Shown piece by piece: positions 47,293 to 57,935 of a stretch of 64,000 nucleotides of DNA. Both the position numbers and the translations under genes were made by a program. The stretch is from Candidatus Latescibacterota bacterium (GTDB lineage: Bacteria > Latescibacterota > UBA2968), in the NCBI GenBank assembly GCA_965222605.1, contig OZ244960.1, positions 4,960,001-5,024,000 of the forward strand, given 5' to 3'. The notes beneath the pieces are model-generated. The model did no database searches and was not told where the DNA came from. It saw only the letters and a program-made list of their open reading frames with translations. Numbering within the stretch: the first letter of the stretch is position 1; every line of letters begins with the position of its first letter.

Positions 47293-49854
47293 TCACACTT
47301 CGCTTCGCAAAATTTCGAGTGGAGGGCGGTCGGCTATGCCGCGGCTGTTGAGCATGCCGACAAAGATGGTGAGCGCGGTGACGAGGGCAAAGACACTGGC
47401 AATGGCCGCAGTGGGCAAGGCAAAGTGGATGTCGAAAATAAAGACGGTGACAGCCCAGGCACCGCCAATAGAGAGTATGAGGCCCGTCAGGGTAGCGAGT
47501 GCGCCCAGGAAGGTGTATTCCAGCAAGAGTATGCGGCGAATCTGTTTTTGAGATGCCCCCAGAGTACGCAGCAAAACGGCTTCCTGAATGCGCTGATAGC
47601 GGCTGGTGGTAACTGCGGCAGTTAGCACAATGAGTCCGGTAATCACACTAAAGAGTGCCATAAAGCGCACGACAAAGGCGATTTGTGAGAGTACATCGTC
47701 AACGGTTTTGAGAATGAGGCCGAGGTCAACAGCCGATACATTGGGGTATTGTTGAACCAGTGTGCGTTGCAACACAGCGGATTGTTCTGTTGTGTTGATG
47801 CGCGTAGTCAAGACGTGAAATTGGGGAGCGGGTTCAAGTACGCCTTTGGGAAAGACGATAAAAAAGTTTGGCTGAATGCGCTGCCAGTCAACTTCTCGCA
47901 GGCTGTGTACTGTGGTCTGAACGGGCACGCCCTGGATGTCGAGGGTGAGGGTATCGCCAAGCGAGACGCGAAGCGAGCGGGCAATGTCGCGTTCAATAGA
48001 AATGGGGATGGGTTCTTCTGTCCAGTCCTCATCTATCCAGGTGCCGTCTATAAGACGTTCTGAATCAAAGAGGTGATTGCGATAGGTCGAGCGGTATTCG
48101 CGTTGAATTGCCCAGCGCGGTACGTCGTGTATTTTGCCATAGGAACGCGCCTCCTGACCTTTGATTTTTTTCAGGCGCATGGTAACGATGGGCGCATGGT
48201 GGATGACGGGTAGGCTCTGTTTGCGAAGCAACGCGCTCACGCCTTCAATTTGATCGGTTTGCACATCGACGAGCACAAAGTTGGGGCGGTTGTCGCTCCC
48301 CGCGATGGCAATTTGAGCGAGCAGGGCGTGTTGCACAATATAGAGCGTGGTGATGAGAAAGGTGCCCAGGCCCAGCGCGAGCATAAGAATTACGGTCTGA
48401 TTGTGTGGACGGTAGAGATTGGCCAGGCCCTGTCGCCACACGTATTGCCAGTTTGTGGGAAAGAAGCGGCGAACGGTTTTGATGATGAGCCACGATGCTC
48501 CTATGAGCAGTCCAAAGGCGATGCCAAATCCAATGGCAATGCCAATCCCAACGCTGATACTGCTGGTTTGGACAATGCCCAATCCCACAACAATGAGACA
48601 GATCCCGCCGATGGTCATCAGTTGCAGGGGATCTATTTGAGATCGCGCGTTTTCAAAAGATGCCCGCAAGGTGTGCAGGGGAGATGTTCGGCGAATCGGC
48701 AATAGGGGGAGCAGTGCAAAGAGTAGCGATAGACTCAGACCAATGCCAGTGCCTTGAATGATCGCCCAATAGGAAAACTGAATATCGAGCTCAATGGGGA
48801 GAATCTGTGCGAGAACATCTGGCAGGAGATACTGTATGCCGACACCGAGGAGAGAACCGCATCCCGTACCAATAAGACCCAGCGCGATGGCCTGGATGGC
48901 GTAAATGCAGAGGACCTGATTCGATTGCGCGCCCATGCAGCGCAGGATGGCGACAGTTGTTATTTTTTGGCGCGTATAAACGTGAATGGCACTGGCAACG
49001 CCGATACATCCGAGTAAGAGTGCGGCAAAGGCGACAAGACTGAGGAAGATATAGAGGTTGTCCAATATGCGGTTGAGGCGTCTTTGACGACTGACAACGG
49101 TTTCGGTACGCAAATTGTGATCCCCGCGATAGGGGCGAAGTTCGCGCTGGATGGATCCGATTCTCGTGCCGCCATCAAACTTAAAATAGGCCACATAAGA
49201 CGCCAGACTGCCAAATTTGATGAGGCCCGTTTTTTCGAGATGCGATAAGGGAATGTACACGCGCGGTGCCACTGTGGCAAAGGCCATGGCCTCGCCCGAT
49301 ATTTTTGTGATGCGCCCGCCAATGACAAAGGCGTGGTTGCCAATTCGCACAGAATCGCCGATCTGAACGCCAAATTGAACGAGCAAGCCGTCGTCGAGCA
49401 GCGCGTGATGGGTTTTCTGAAAGGTGCTTGCCGCTGCTAATGGATCGGTTTCAAATGTGCCGTAATAGGGAAAGTCGCCTTGTAGCGCGCGCACCTGTAC
49501 CAGGCGGGTGCCGCCATTTTGGGGAAAGTAGATCATCGAGGCAAAGCGCACTTCTCGAGATTGCTCTCCGCCCCATGAGTTGAATAGAGAGTCAATAACA
49601 GGCGCGAAAGCACGCTGGCTGCTGACGCGCAAATCAGCACCTAAAAGTGTGCGTGCTTCGTTTTCGACAACGCGTTGGAGGTTATCGCCCAAAGCGCGAA
49701 CGGCCACGAGGCCACCCACGCCGAGCAATATGCAGGAAATAAAGAGCAGCAAGCGGCGGCGATACGTGCGGCTATCGCGCCAGGCCATGCGCCAGGTCCA
49801 TGTGTTGAAGAGCGGGGAGGAGGTCTGATTTTTAATGCTGGTGATTCGATCCAT
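47293..49854 (-). CDS. YbbP-like ABC transporter permease (two FtsX domains)
   Basis: AWRDSR, LLGADL, AILRCMGA, PNFFIVF, LRTLGAS. Confidence 0.9.
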   Translation of the reverse strand: MDRITSIKNQTSSPLFNTWTWRMAWRDSRTYRRRLLLFISCILLGVGGLVAVRALGDNLQRVVENEARTLLGADLRVSSQRAFAPVIDSLFNSWGGEQSREVRFASMIYFPQNGGTRLVQVRALQGDFPYYGTFETDPLAAASTFQKTHHALLDDGLLVQFGVQIGDSVRIGNHAFVIGGRITKISGEAMAFATVAPRVYIPLSHLEKTGLIKFGSLASYVAYFKFDGGTRIGSIQRELRPYRGDHNLRTETVVSRQRRLNRILDNLYIFLSLVAFAALLLGCIGVASAIHVYTRQKITTVAILRCMGAQSNQVLCIYAIQAIALGLIGTGCGSLLGVGIQYLLPDVLAQILPIELDIQFSYWAIIQGTGIGLSLSLLFALLPLLPIRRTSPLHTLRASFENARSQIDPLQLMTIGGICLIVVGLGIVQTSSISVGIGIAIGFGIAFGLLIGASWLIIKTVRRFFPTNWQYVWRQGLANLYRPHNQTVILMLALGLGTFLITTLYIVQHALLAQIAIAGSDNRPNFVLVDVQTDQIEGVSALLRKQSLPVIHHAPIVTMRLKKIKGQEARSYGKIHDVPRWAIQREYRSTYRNHLFDSERLIDGTWIDEDWTEEPIPISIERDIARSLRVSLGDTLTLDIQGVPVQTTVHSLREVDWQRIQPNFFIVFPKGVLEPAPQFHVLTTRINTTEQSAVLQRTLVQQYPNVSAVDLGLILKTVDDVLSQIAFVVRFMALFSVITGLIVLTAAVTTSRYQRIQEAVLLRTLGASQKQIRRILLLEYTFLGALATLTGLILSIGGAWAVTVFIFDIHFALPTAAIASVFALVTALTIFVGMLNSRGIADRPPLEILRSEV

Positions 49855-49877
49855 GATATAGTGTAGAGATCAGAAGA

Positions 49878-50576
49878 CTAACCTTTAATTCTTTCTTCAT
49901 CTGCTGTGACTTTGCCACCTTGCAAGCGGATGATGCGCTGTGTGCGTGCGGCGAGGTCGTGATCGTGCGTGACGAGGATGAGGGTTGTTCCCGCTTCGCG
50001 GTTGAGGTCAAAGAGCAAATTGGCGATGGTATGACTGGTGTCGGCGTCGAGGTTGCCTGTGAGTTCGTCGGCAAACAAGATGCGTGGTTGGTTGATAAAG
50101 GCGCGTGCAATGCCCACGCGCTGTTGTTCGCCACCCGAAAGCTGAGTGGGATAATGCGTCAAGCGGTCGTGTAATCCCACGCGGTTGAGCAATTCTTTTG
50201 CTTCGCCGAACACACCGTTTTTACCGCGTAGTTCGAGGGGTACCGCGACATTTTCAATGGCGGTGAGGGTGGGGATGAGTTGAAAGCTCTGGAAGACAAA
50301 TCCCACATATTCATTTCGCACGGCGGCGCGTTGATCTTCGTCGAGGCTGTCGAGAGCCATGCTGTGAAGGGTGACGGTCCCCGATGTTGGGCGATCAAGC
50401 CCGGCACATAAGCCGAGTAGCGTGGTTTTTCCACTGCCCGAAGGCCCCACTATCGCACAGGTTTGGCCTTTGGGTATGGTGAATGTGACGTTGTCTAAAA
50501 CGGTGAGCGGATGCTCCCCGCTCGTGTAGGTGCGGGTGAGGTTTTGAACTGCGAGTGCTGCGTTTGGATGGCTCAT
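49878..50576 (-). CDS. YbbA-like ABC transporter ATP-binding protein
   Basis: [36 protein letters not shown]. Confidence 0.93.
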   Translation of the reverse strand: MSHPNAALAVQNLTRTYTSGEHPLTVLDNVTFTIPKGQTCAIVGPSGSGKTTLLGLCAGLDRPTSGTVTLHSMALDSLDEDQRAAVRNEYVGFVFQSFQLIPTLTAIENVAVPLELRGKNGVFGEAKELLNRVGLHDRLTHYPTQLSGGEQQRVGIARAFINQPRILFADELTGNLDADTSHTIANLLFDLNREAGTTLILVTHDHDLAARTQRIIRLQGGKVTADEERIKG

Positions 50577-50711
50577 AGGTGTTGGTGGTTAGTGGTTAGC
50601 AAAGCATGTGCGCTGATTATTTCTTGCGTCTCTCGTTCTAATTCTTACCTTTGTGAGACACCAAAACATAACATAGAGTTCCATTATGTGCAAAAAATGA
50701 GTGGAGGAGAA

Positions 50712-51896
50712 ATGCAAGCCGAGATAGTGATGATTGGGACGGAATTGTTGTTGGGCGAAATTGTAGATACCAATGCCACGATGTTTGCCAAAGCACTGCG
50801 CGATATTGGAATGGATTTGTTGTATAAAACTACTGTAGGAGACAATGAAGATCGGATTGTCGGTGTTTTGGATATCGCGCTGGATCGGTCAGATGTGATT
50901 TTGACATCGGGAGGCATTGGTCCTACGGTAGATGATATGACACGGCAATGTGTGGCGCGTGCAACGGGACGCAGGCTCGTTTACAGTAGGGCATTGGAAA
51001 AGCAGATTGCATCGCGGTTTCGCAATTTCGGCCGTGAGATGGCAGATAATAACAAGCGACAGGCATATATTCCCGAAGGCGCGATGCCACTGGAGAATCC
51101 CATGGGCACAGCGCCCTGTTTTTTGAGTGAAGATGCGCAAGGGCGCGGCTGTGTGATTTCGCTTCCGGGTGTGCCGAGAGAATTGGATTATATGTTGCAC
51201 AAGGTCGTGATCCCGGTTCTGATTGATCGCATGGGGGGGAGTAAAATTACAAAGGTACGCGTGTTGCGAACATGTGCGGTGGGCGAGAGCAATATTGATC
51301 GCACAATTGGGGATCTGATGACCGAGAGCAATCCAACGGTGGGATTGGCGGCGCATGCTGGGCAGACCGATGTGCGCGTGGCGGCGAAAGCGGATACAGA
51401 GGAAGATGCCGATGCTTTGATCGCGCCTATGGAAGCAGAGCTCAGGAAACGGTTGGGCGTTGCGATTTACGGCACGGGGAAAGAGACCGTGGCCGAGGTC
51501 TTGGGTAATTTGTTGCGAGGAAAAGGGCTGACAATAGGGGTGGTAGATACGCTGACAGACGGCCAAATCGTGCGGGAGTTTGAAGAGAATGGTGCGGGGG
51601 ATGTGGTGGTCGCGCAAAGGGATGCGAATATGGATGGACAGGATGATCCTCGTGCTTTGACTGAAGCGATGGCCCAGGCGGTTGCACCAGAAGGCGGCGT
51701 GGGTCTGGCGATGGTTGGTCCTTATGAAGGTGGCGCGACGTTTATGGCTGTTTATGGATCTGATCCGCAAGCGCGAACTTGTATTGAAAGCCGTCGCTTT
51801 CAGGATTCGGATCACATCCGCCGATGGTTGGTAATTCAAGGTTTGGATCTGGTGCGCCGGGCGGTGTTGGGCAAGTTGGCTTCGCCAGCAGATTGA
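50712..51896 (+). CDS. cinA: CinA-like protein (MocF domain plus degenerate PncC domain)
   Basis: GTELLLGEIVDTN, VGDN, GGIGPTVDD, LPGVPRE, GES. GGAGG RBS. Confidence 0.85.
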   Translation: MQAEIVMIGTELLLGEIVDTNATMFAKALRDIGMDLLYKTTVGDNEDRIVGVLDIALDRSDVILTSGGIGPTVDDMTRQCVARATGRRLVYSRALEKQIASRFRNFGREMADNNKRQAYIPEGAMPLENPMGTAPCFLSEDAQGRGCVISLPGVPRELDYMLHKVVIPVLIDRMGGSKITKVRVLRTCAVGESNIDRTIGDLMTESNPTVGLAAHAGQTDVRVAAKADTEEDADALIAPMEAELRKRLGVAIYGTGKETVAEVLGNLLRGKGLTIGVVDTLTDGQIVREFEENGAGDVVVAQRDANMDGQDDPRALTEAMAQAVAPEGGVGLAMVGPYEGGATFMAVYGSDPQARTCIESRRFQDSDHIRRWLVIQGLDLVRRAVLGKLASPAD

Positions 51897-51920
51897 GTTT
51901 GAACAAATGGGAGGGCAGTA

Positions 51921-52964
51921 GTGCAAAACGATGAGTCTTTGTCTTATTCAAAGAGTGGCGTCAATATTGATGAAACAGATGCTGTTAAAAGAGATATGGC
52001 TTCAAATATCGGGCGCGGGGATTCGAGAGTGCTCAATAAATTGGGGGCTTTTGGCAGCCTGGTTGATGGCCGTTTTGATGGTTATGATCACCCCATTCTC
52101 GTGCTAAAAACCGAGGAGCCTGGTTCAAAGCAAAAGTTGGCGTTTGAATACGGAAGCGTGAAGTCTATTGCTTATGATCTGGTCAATCATTTGATCAACG
52201 ATATTATTGTTATGGGCGCTGATCCTTTTTATGTGCAAGATTGTATCGTCTGTGGCAAACTCGATCCCCCTGTTGTCAAAGCACTTGTTGGCGGGATTGC
52301 CGATGCTTGCGAGGCTCAGGGATGTACATTGACAGGTGGGGAAACATCTGTTCAGCCAGGGGTTGTCGAAGATGGAGTGTATATTCTAAGTGCTTCGGCT
52401 ATCGGGGTTGTGGATAAGGATAATATTATTGATGGTTCTGCGATTGAGGAGGGGGACGCAGTTCTCGCGCTTGCATCCAATGGACTTCATACCAATGGCT
52501 ATACGCTTGTCAGGGCCTTGTTGAAGAATAAGCCTGAATTGAAAGACCGGGAGCTTCAGGGTGTGTCCTTTCTCGATATGATTTTGCGACCACATCAGTG
52601 TTATTATCAACCCCTGAAGGGTTTGTTTAAGGACAAAGGGTTGAAGGGTGTGGCACATATTACTGGTGGTGGTATTCAGGATAATTTATCCCGCATTCTT
52701 CCCGAGACCTGTCGGGCTGTAATTGATCTCGCACTACTCCAGGTCCTCCCCATTTTCAAAACGATTCGCGCAGAAGGTTTGGTTCCAGAAGATGATATGC
52801 TGAGAACATTTAATATGGGTGTGGGTATGACCCTTGTCTGTGCTCAAAATTCTGTGGCGAGGATTAACGCACACTTGCAAAGCGCGGGATGCCATGTGTA
52901 TCCGATCGGGCGCATTGTCAAGGGCGAGAAAGGCGTTGTGTTCACGGGAAAAGTTCAATGGTGA
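51921..52964 (+). CDS. purM: Phosphoribosylformylglycinamidine cyclo-ligase
   Basis: YSKSGVNI, GGETS, SNGLHTNGYTL, AHITGGG, TFNMGVG. Confidence 0.93.
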   Translation: MQNDESLSYSKSGVNIDETDAVKRDMASNIGRGDSRVLNKLGAFGSLVDGRFDGYDHPILVLKTEEPGSKQKLAFEYGSVKSIAYDLVNHLINDIIVMGADPFYVQDCIVCGKLDPPVVKALVGGIADACEAQGCTLTGGETSVQPGVVEDGVYILSASAIGVVDKDNIIDGSAIEEGDAVLALASNGLHTNGYTLVRALLKNKPELKDRELQGVSFLDMILRPHQCYYQPLKGLFKDKGLKGVAHITGGGIQDNLSRILPETCRAVIDLALLQVLPIFKTIRAEGLVPEDDMLRTFNMGVGMTLVCAQNSVARINAHLQSAGCHVYPIGRIVKGEKGVVFTGKVQW

Positions 52965-52975
52965 AAGGATGGGAT

Positions 52976-54355
52976 ATGGGACTTACGACTTCAGAACAAG
53001 CGGTTCCTTTTGCGTGGGATGGGCGATTGAAGATGCTTTACGACAATCGCATGCATCCCCAGGCATTTTTGTATGAGGGCAAAGTCTATATTGTCTGGCG
53101 CGGCGATAAAGGGATGCCCTATATCCGGTTTTACGATCTGAAAACGCGCACGTTTTCGGACCCTGTGATGGTTCTGAGCGGTCTGGAAGATAAGGTTGAG
53201 TTAAACCGCTATTACCGCGACCACCACTTTGCGCCCGTCATCTGGATGGATACAAAATGCCACTTCCACGTTCTGTCGGGTTGTCACGGCAACAAACCCC
53301 ACAATCGTACAGGTGGACATCGCGTCATATCCAAATCTCCAGGCGATATTACAGCATGGGAATGGGTAGAAGATAAAATCAACTTCACCGTCAATTATCC
53401 TCAAGTTTATCGCATTTACAATGATCAGACCCTGATTTATCTCCGCAATGGCGGGCATCTCAGCGAATGGACGTATCGCATTTCTGCGGATGATGGCGCA
53501 ACATGGGCAAGTCCCTGCTGTGCGGTCGTCGATCTCGATGCGGAACCGCAAGATGGGTATATCCCGGATCACGCGGGATCGTATCACGCTATTCGTGTTA
53601 GCAAAGATGGCAAAACCCTGCATATCGGATTTATCTGGGCGCAGCAAGACTACGAGCCTCCTGAAAAACCGCCCGTCAATCCCCGCTATGGAGAATTAGA
53701 CCGATTTCACCGGTACAATCTCTATTATGCCAAAGTCGATTTGCCCACGGGTATTGTTACCAATTTCGCGGGCAAAAAACTCTCTACGCCGATACGCAAA
53801 TCTATCGCCGATGCCGATTGCCTGGTGTGGGATACTCAAGGGCGCATCTCACCAATGGGGCCTTCTATTTATCTGGATGAAAATGACACGCCGTATTTTT
53901 TGTTGGCCGTTTCCGATGAAACCCCGTATCAATCGACATTTTACTTTTTTAAAAATGTCAATGGCGCGTGGCGCAAAACGCCTATTACAAAGACCCCACA
54001 TCCGTTTAATAATGGCCATCTCGAACGCAATTCCGACGGCAGCTTTAGTGCCTATATGATCGCGGGCGCAGGCGAAAGTATTTCCCATGTTTCAAAGCAG
54101 GACATGGGCCGCTACGGCTGGGGCGACCGCGTCGAATGGTGGACATCAGATGCAGAGGGTGAAAACTGGAGGCTGACACGAGATTTGACACCGGCACCTG
54201 GCAAAAAATGGCAAAATGTCAAGTTTGTATCCGACGGCAAAGGAGAAACCATTCCCAATTTGCTCTTGTTCTACGGCTGGGAAGAGATCGAAGGACCGGG
54301 TACGGCTTATTTGTGGGATAATCGAGAGCGGAAAAAAATAATTGAAAGTGACTGA
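52976..54355 (+). CDS. BNR-repeat (BNR_4-like) beta-propeller protein
   Basis: DHHFAP..D..HFHV.SGCH, YPQ, Asp-boxes SADDGATW and SDAEGENW. Confidence 0.7.
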   Translation: MGLTTSEQAVPFAWDGRLKMLYDNRMHPQAFLYEGKVYIVWRGDKGMPYIRFYDLKTRTFSDPVMVLSGLEDKVELNRYYRDHHFAPVIWMDTKCHFHVLSGCHGNKPHNRTGGHRVISKSPGDITAWEWVEDKINFTVNYPQVYRIYNDQTLIYLRNGGHLSEWTYRISADDGATWASPCCAVVDLDAEPQDGYIPDHAGSYHAIRVSKDGKTLHIGFIWAQQDYEPPEKPPVNPRYGELDRFHRYNLYYAKVDLPTGIVTNFAGKKLSTPIRKSIADADCLVWDTQGRISPMGPSIYLDENDTPYFLLAVSDETPYQSTFYFFKNVNGAWRKTPITKTPHPFNNGHLERNSDGSFSAYMIAGAGESISHVSKQDMGRYGWGDRVEWWTSDAEGENWRLTRDLTPAPGKKWQNVKFVSDGKGETIPNLLLFYGWEEIEGPGTAYLWDNRERKKIIESD

Positions 54356-54488
54356 AAATGGGAGAATATACTTTGATTTTATGCATAGATTAAAAAAAGC
54401 ACTGATATAGCCGCTTCCTTACACGTCACCCGTGTCATAATCATACTGGCTCCCCTTAAAACAATCCAAGCCCCAGAGAAAAACCGCC

Positions 54489-55739
54489 ATGAAAATCGCA
54501 AACGCAACCCGTCGTAGCCTCAACATTCCCTTTTACTGCAAACGGGTCGAACGCGCCATGCACCGCGCTCAGACTCACGACGAACGGATCTATCTCTACC
54601 GCATTGAAACCGACGAGGGCATCGTGGGCTACGGGGATAGCCTGGCTGTTAGCGATGTACATACACTGATCGGTCAGAATCCCTTTCAGATCATGCACAA
54701 CGACGCCATCGGCTTTGGCCCACAGCTCGCTGTTCTGGACGCTGTTGGAAAGGCCGCTGATGTGCCCGTCCATGCCCTGCTCGGCACCAAATTGCGCGAC
54801 CGATGCCCCATCTCCTGGTGGGATATTGACATGTCACCTGCCGACTGGGTCGCAGAGGCCAGAGAATCTCTCAAACGCGGGTACACTTCCTTCAAAATGA
54901 AAGCCCGCCCCTGGCGAGACATCCTCCAGCAGGTCGAAGCAGTCGGCAAAGTCGTACCAGCAGATTACAAATTCGACATAGATTTCAACGGCTTTCTGCT
55001 CAACCAGGCAAAAGCGGAAATTATCCTCCAGCAGCTCGACAATCACCCCAATGTCGGCATCTACGAAAGTCCCTTCTACCTTTATGGCGATCTCACCGGC
55101 GCGCGAATTCTTCGCGAACGCGTATGCAAACCCGTCGTCGAACACTTCCGAGAAGACTATTTGCACGCCCACGCCTGCGACGGCTTTGTCATTGGCGGCG
55201 GCGTCTCAGAAGTCCGCCGGCAGGCCGCACTCGCCGCTGCTTTCAACAAACCCTTCTGGTTACAACTGGTCGGCACTGGAATTACCACTGCCTTCGCCTT
55301 ACACCTCGGCTCTGTCCTCTCCCACGCCCAGTTGCCCTACATTACTTGCCACGAACTCTGGAAACACGACTTGCTCAAAAAACGCCTCGACGTGATCGAC
55401 GGTCACATCCAGGTCTCCGATGCTCCTGGCCTGGGCATTGAAGTCGATGAAAAAGCCATCGAAAAATACACGGTCGATCCCGACACGCCCACACCTAAAA
55501 GGCTCTACCGCCGCAAAAAACGCATCCTGCGTATCTCGTGGCCCGGTGCGGCCAAACAGAAACGCATCTGGGAATTTACCGATGAAGCCATCTACCAGAA
55601 GACCTTCTACGCAGGCAGCATCCCCGGATTTGAACGCGGTGTTACCCTGGAAGTCATCGAAGACGACTACAGTGCGACTTTTAAAAAAGCCCATGCCACG
55701 CTGGCAAAACGCGAGGCAGCCATACCCGCCCTGACGTGA
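54489..55739 (+). CDS. Mandelate racemase/muconate lactonizing enzyme family protein
   Basis: GIVGYGD, LDAVGK..VPVHALLG, KMK, DFN, ESP, EH, PGLGIEVDE. Confidence 0.88.
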   Translation: MKIANATRRSLNIPFYCKRVERAMHRAQTHDERIYLYRIETDEGIVGYGDSLAVSDVHTLIGQNPFQIMHNDAIGFGPQLAVLDAVGKAADVPVHALLGTKLRDRCPISWWDIDMSPADWVAEARESLKRGYTSFKMKARPWRDILQQVEAVGKVVPADYKFDIDFNGFLLNQAKAEIILQQLDNHPNVGIYESPFYLYGDLTGARILRERVCKPVVEHFREDYLHAHACDGFVIGGGVSEVRRQAALAAAFNKPFWLQLVGTGITTAFALHLGSVLSHAQLPYITCHELWKHDLLKKRLDVIDGHIQVSDAPGLGIEVDEKAIEKYTVDPDTPTPKRLYRRKKRILRISWPGAAKQKRIWEFTDEAIYQKTFYAGSIPGFERGVTLEVIEDDYSATFKKAHATLAKREAAIPALT

Positions 55740-55762
55740 ATTAAAGTTAGGAGAACCCATTG

Positions 55763-56683
55763 ATGGCATCCGTAACCTTTAAAGGCGTCTTTCCCATCCT
55801 CGTTACCCCATTCGATGACCATGGCAACCTCGATCTGGAATCCTTTGATCGAACGGTACGCTTTATGGCCGACATCGGTGTAAACGGCGTTACTATCATT
55901 GGTGTACTCGGTGAATCCAACCGAATGCTGGATGCCGAACGGGAACAGCTTATTAAAACCGCTGTGGGCGCTGCAGGCGGGCGCATCCCCGTTATTGTGG
56001 GCACGAGCTACAGCGGTACACGGGCGACCCTTGAACTCAGCCGGATGGCCGAATCTCTCGGCGCCGCCGGTGTGATGGTCACCCCCTCGTGCGAATCCGT
56101 GACCAACGAAGACCGCATCTTCGAATTTTTCCAGCAGGTGGCCGAAGGCATCTCTATTCCCATCGTCGTACAGGACCACCCCGCCTCCACCCAGGTCCAC
56201 ATGTCCGTCCCCCTCATCCTGCGCCTTGTCCGCGAAATTCCGCTCGTCGCCTGCATCAAAGAAGAGGCCGTGCCCACCCCGCCCAAGATTACCGCCCTCT
56301 TGAACGGCATTGGAGACCGTGCGTTCACCATCCTCACCGGCCTCGGCGCTCTCTACGGCGCCTTTGACCTGGCCCGCGGCGCACACGGTTTTATGACCGG
56401 CTTTGCCTTTCCCGAAGTTCTGCTCGCCCTGGTCCGGGGTGCTCAAAATAAAGATTTTGACACCGTACACGACATCTATCACCGATACCTGCCGCTCATC
56501 GTGTACGAACAGCAGCCGGGGGTGGCCCTCCGCAAAGAGATCTTTCGCCTGCGCGGCCTTATCGCCAGCAGCTACGTGCGCCATCCCGGCGCAAATATCG
56601 ACCCAACCACTGCCGACCACTTGAAATCACTCTTGCGCAAAATGCTGCCCGGCATAGATATTACGAGACCTATCGAGGTGTGA
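55763..56683 (+). CDS. Dihydrodipicolinate synthase family aldolase/dehydratase
   Basis: GVFPILVTPF, GVLGES, VVQD, IKEE (Schiff-base Lys). Confidence 0.88.
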   Translation: MASVTFKGVFPILVTPFDDHGNLDLESFDRTVRFMADIGVNGVTIIGVLGESNRMLDAEREQLIKTAVGAAGGRIPVIVGTSYSGTRATLELSRMAESLGAAGVMVTPSCESVTNEDRIFEFFQQVAEGISIPIVVQDHPASTQVHMSVPLILRLVREIPLVACIKEEAVPTPPKITALLNGIGDRAFTILTGLGALYGAFDLARGAHGFMTGFAFPEVLLALVRGAQNKDFDTVHDIYHRYLPLIVYEQQPGVALRKEIFRLRGLIASSYVRHPGANIDPTTADHLKSLLRKMLPGIDITRPIEV

Positions 56684-56718
56684 ACGGCAGGATTTAGGCT
56701 TTAGAAGAGGATTCGATC

Positions 56719-57933
56719 ATGAAAATCATCGACATCGACATCATCCCCATCTACCCCAAAATCGCCGACCGGAATGCCGATCAGAAAGCCCGGTTTTTCA
56801 ACATAAACCATCGTACCATTTTTAAAATTACGACTGACAATGGCATTGTCGGCTATGGCGATGCACGTTGCGAGGCCCCTCTCAAATCCACTGTAAAACA
56901 CCTGATCGACCGCGATCCTTTTGACTTTATCAACGCCGATCTCAACAGCGGCCTGATGGGCGCGCTCTACGATGCCATGGGCAAATACCTTGAAATTCCC
57001 GCGTACAAACTCATGGGTCAGAAAATACGCGACCGGGTACCCGTAGCTGCCTGGACCCGCCCGGCCTCCCCGGAAGACCTGGCCAAAGAGGTTCAGCGAG
57101 CCGTGGAAGAAGGGTATATGATCTTTAAAATCCATACCTGCGCCTATTACGATGTGTACGAACAAACCAGAGCCGTTGAGGAGGTTGCTCCGCCCGGTTT
57201 CAAAATGCACTACGACTTCAATCACAACCGGCCGCTTGCCGCTGTCCTTCGCATCTTGCAGGAGTTGGAGAAGTCCCCCGTCGTAGGTATGATCGAAGAT
57301 CCCCTGGTCTTATCCGATGTCGAAGGCTGGCGCCTTCTGAGGGAGAAAACCAGTTTGCCGCTGCTCATGCATGTCCCTCAACTCGGCGGCGGTCAGGAGA
57401 TTATTCGCGGTTGCGCCGATGCATACATGATCGGCGAAGGCGGCATTGGCTCTACCCTCGTGCGTGGATTTGCTGCTGCCTTGGCCAATGTCTCCTCTGT
57501 CATCCAGCTCACAGGCGGTACCCTCACCAAAGCCATGGCTCTGCATCTGGGCGCTGTGATTCCCAACGTGGCTCATTCCACCAACCTGGACGACCAGTAC
57601 GGTGAAGACGTTGTCAAACAGCGCATCGAAGTCGCAGGCGGTTCCTCTCCGGTACCCAAAGGCCCCGGCCTCGGCGTAGAAGTCGACGAAGACGCGCTGG
57701 CCAGATGCGCAGCCAACAAACCCACTGTTATCCCCCCCACCATTGGCATCCTGCACCTACCCGGCGGCCACAAGCTCTATACCAGAGGATTCCCGAACGT
57801 TGCCCGCCTCACTGGTTTCCCCGAAGGCAACATCCGGGGCATTCGCCTGGATGTCTGGGAAGACGACGGTTCCGACAAGTTCAAACAAACCCTGCAACGC
57901 ATCGAACAGCAGGGTCCGTTTATGGAAAAATAG
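56719..57933 (+). CDS. Mandelate racemase/muconate lactonizing enzyme family protein (paralogue)
   Basis: GIVGYGD, YDAMGK..IPAYKLMG, KIH, DFN, EDP, PGLGVEVDE. Confidence 0.88.
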   Translation: MKIIDIDIIPIYPKIADRNADQKARFFNINHRTIFKITTDNGIVGYGDARCEAPLKSTVKHLIDRDPFDFINADLNSGLMGALYDAMGKYLEIPAYKLMGQKIRDRVPVAAWTRPASPEDLAKEVQRAVEEGYMIFKIHTCAYYDVYEQTRAVEEVAPPGFKMHYDFNHNRPLAAVLRILQELEKSPVVGMIEDPLVLSDVEGWRLLREKTSLPLLMHVPQLGGGQEIIRGCADAYMIGEGGIGSTLVRGFAAALANVSSVIQLTGGTLTKAMALHLGAVIPNVAHSTNLDDQYGEDVVKQRIEVAGGSSPVPKGPGLGVEVDEDALARCAANKPTVIPPTIGILHLPGGHKLYTRGFPNVARLTGFPEGNIRGIRLDVWEDDGSDKFKQTLQRIEQQGPFMEK

Positions 57934-57935
57934 TT

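Noticed and set aside
50889-51926. 345 aa - strand ORF
   Set aside because: Antisense shadow of cinA with no recognisable motifs. The same applies to the many other overlapping ORFs in the track (e.g. 13023-13856, 29435-30232, 39994-40869, 55667-56620).
57705-57935. N-terminal extension of the 329 aa ORF in the track
   Set aside because: It overlaps the enolase gene. The ATG at 57936, right after the stop, is the more plausible start.
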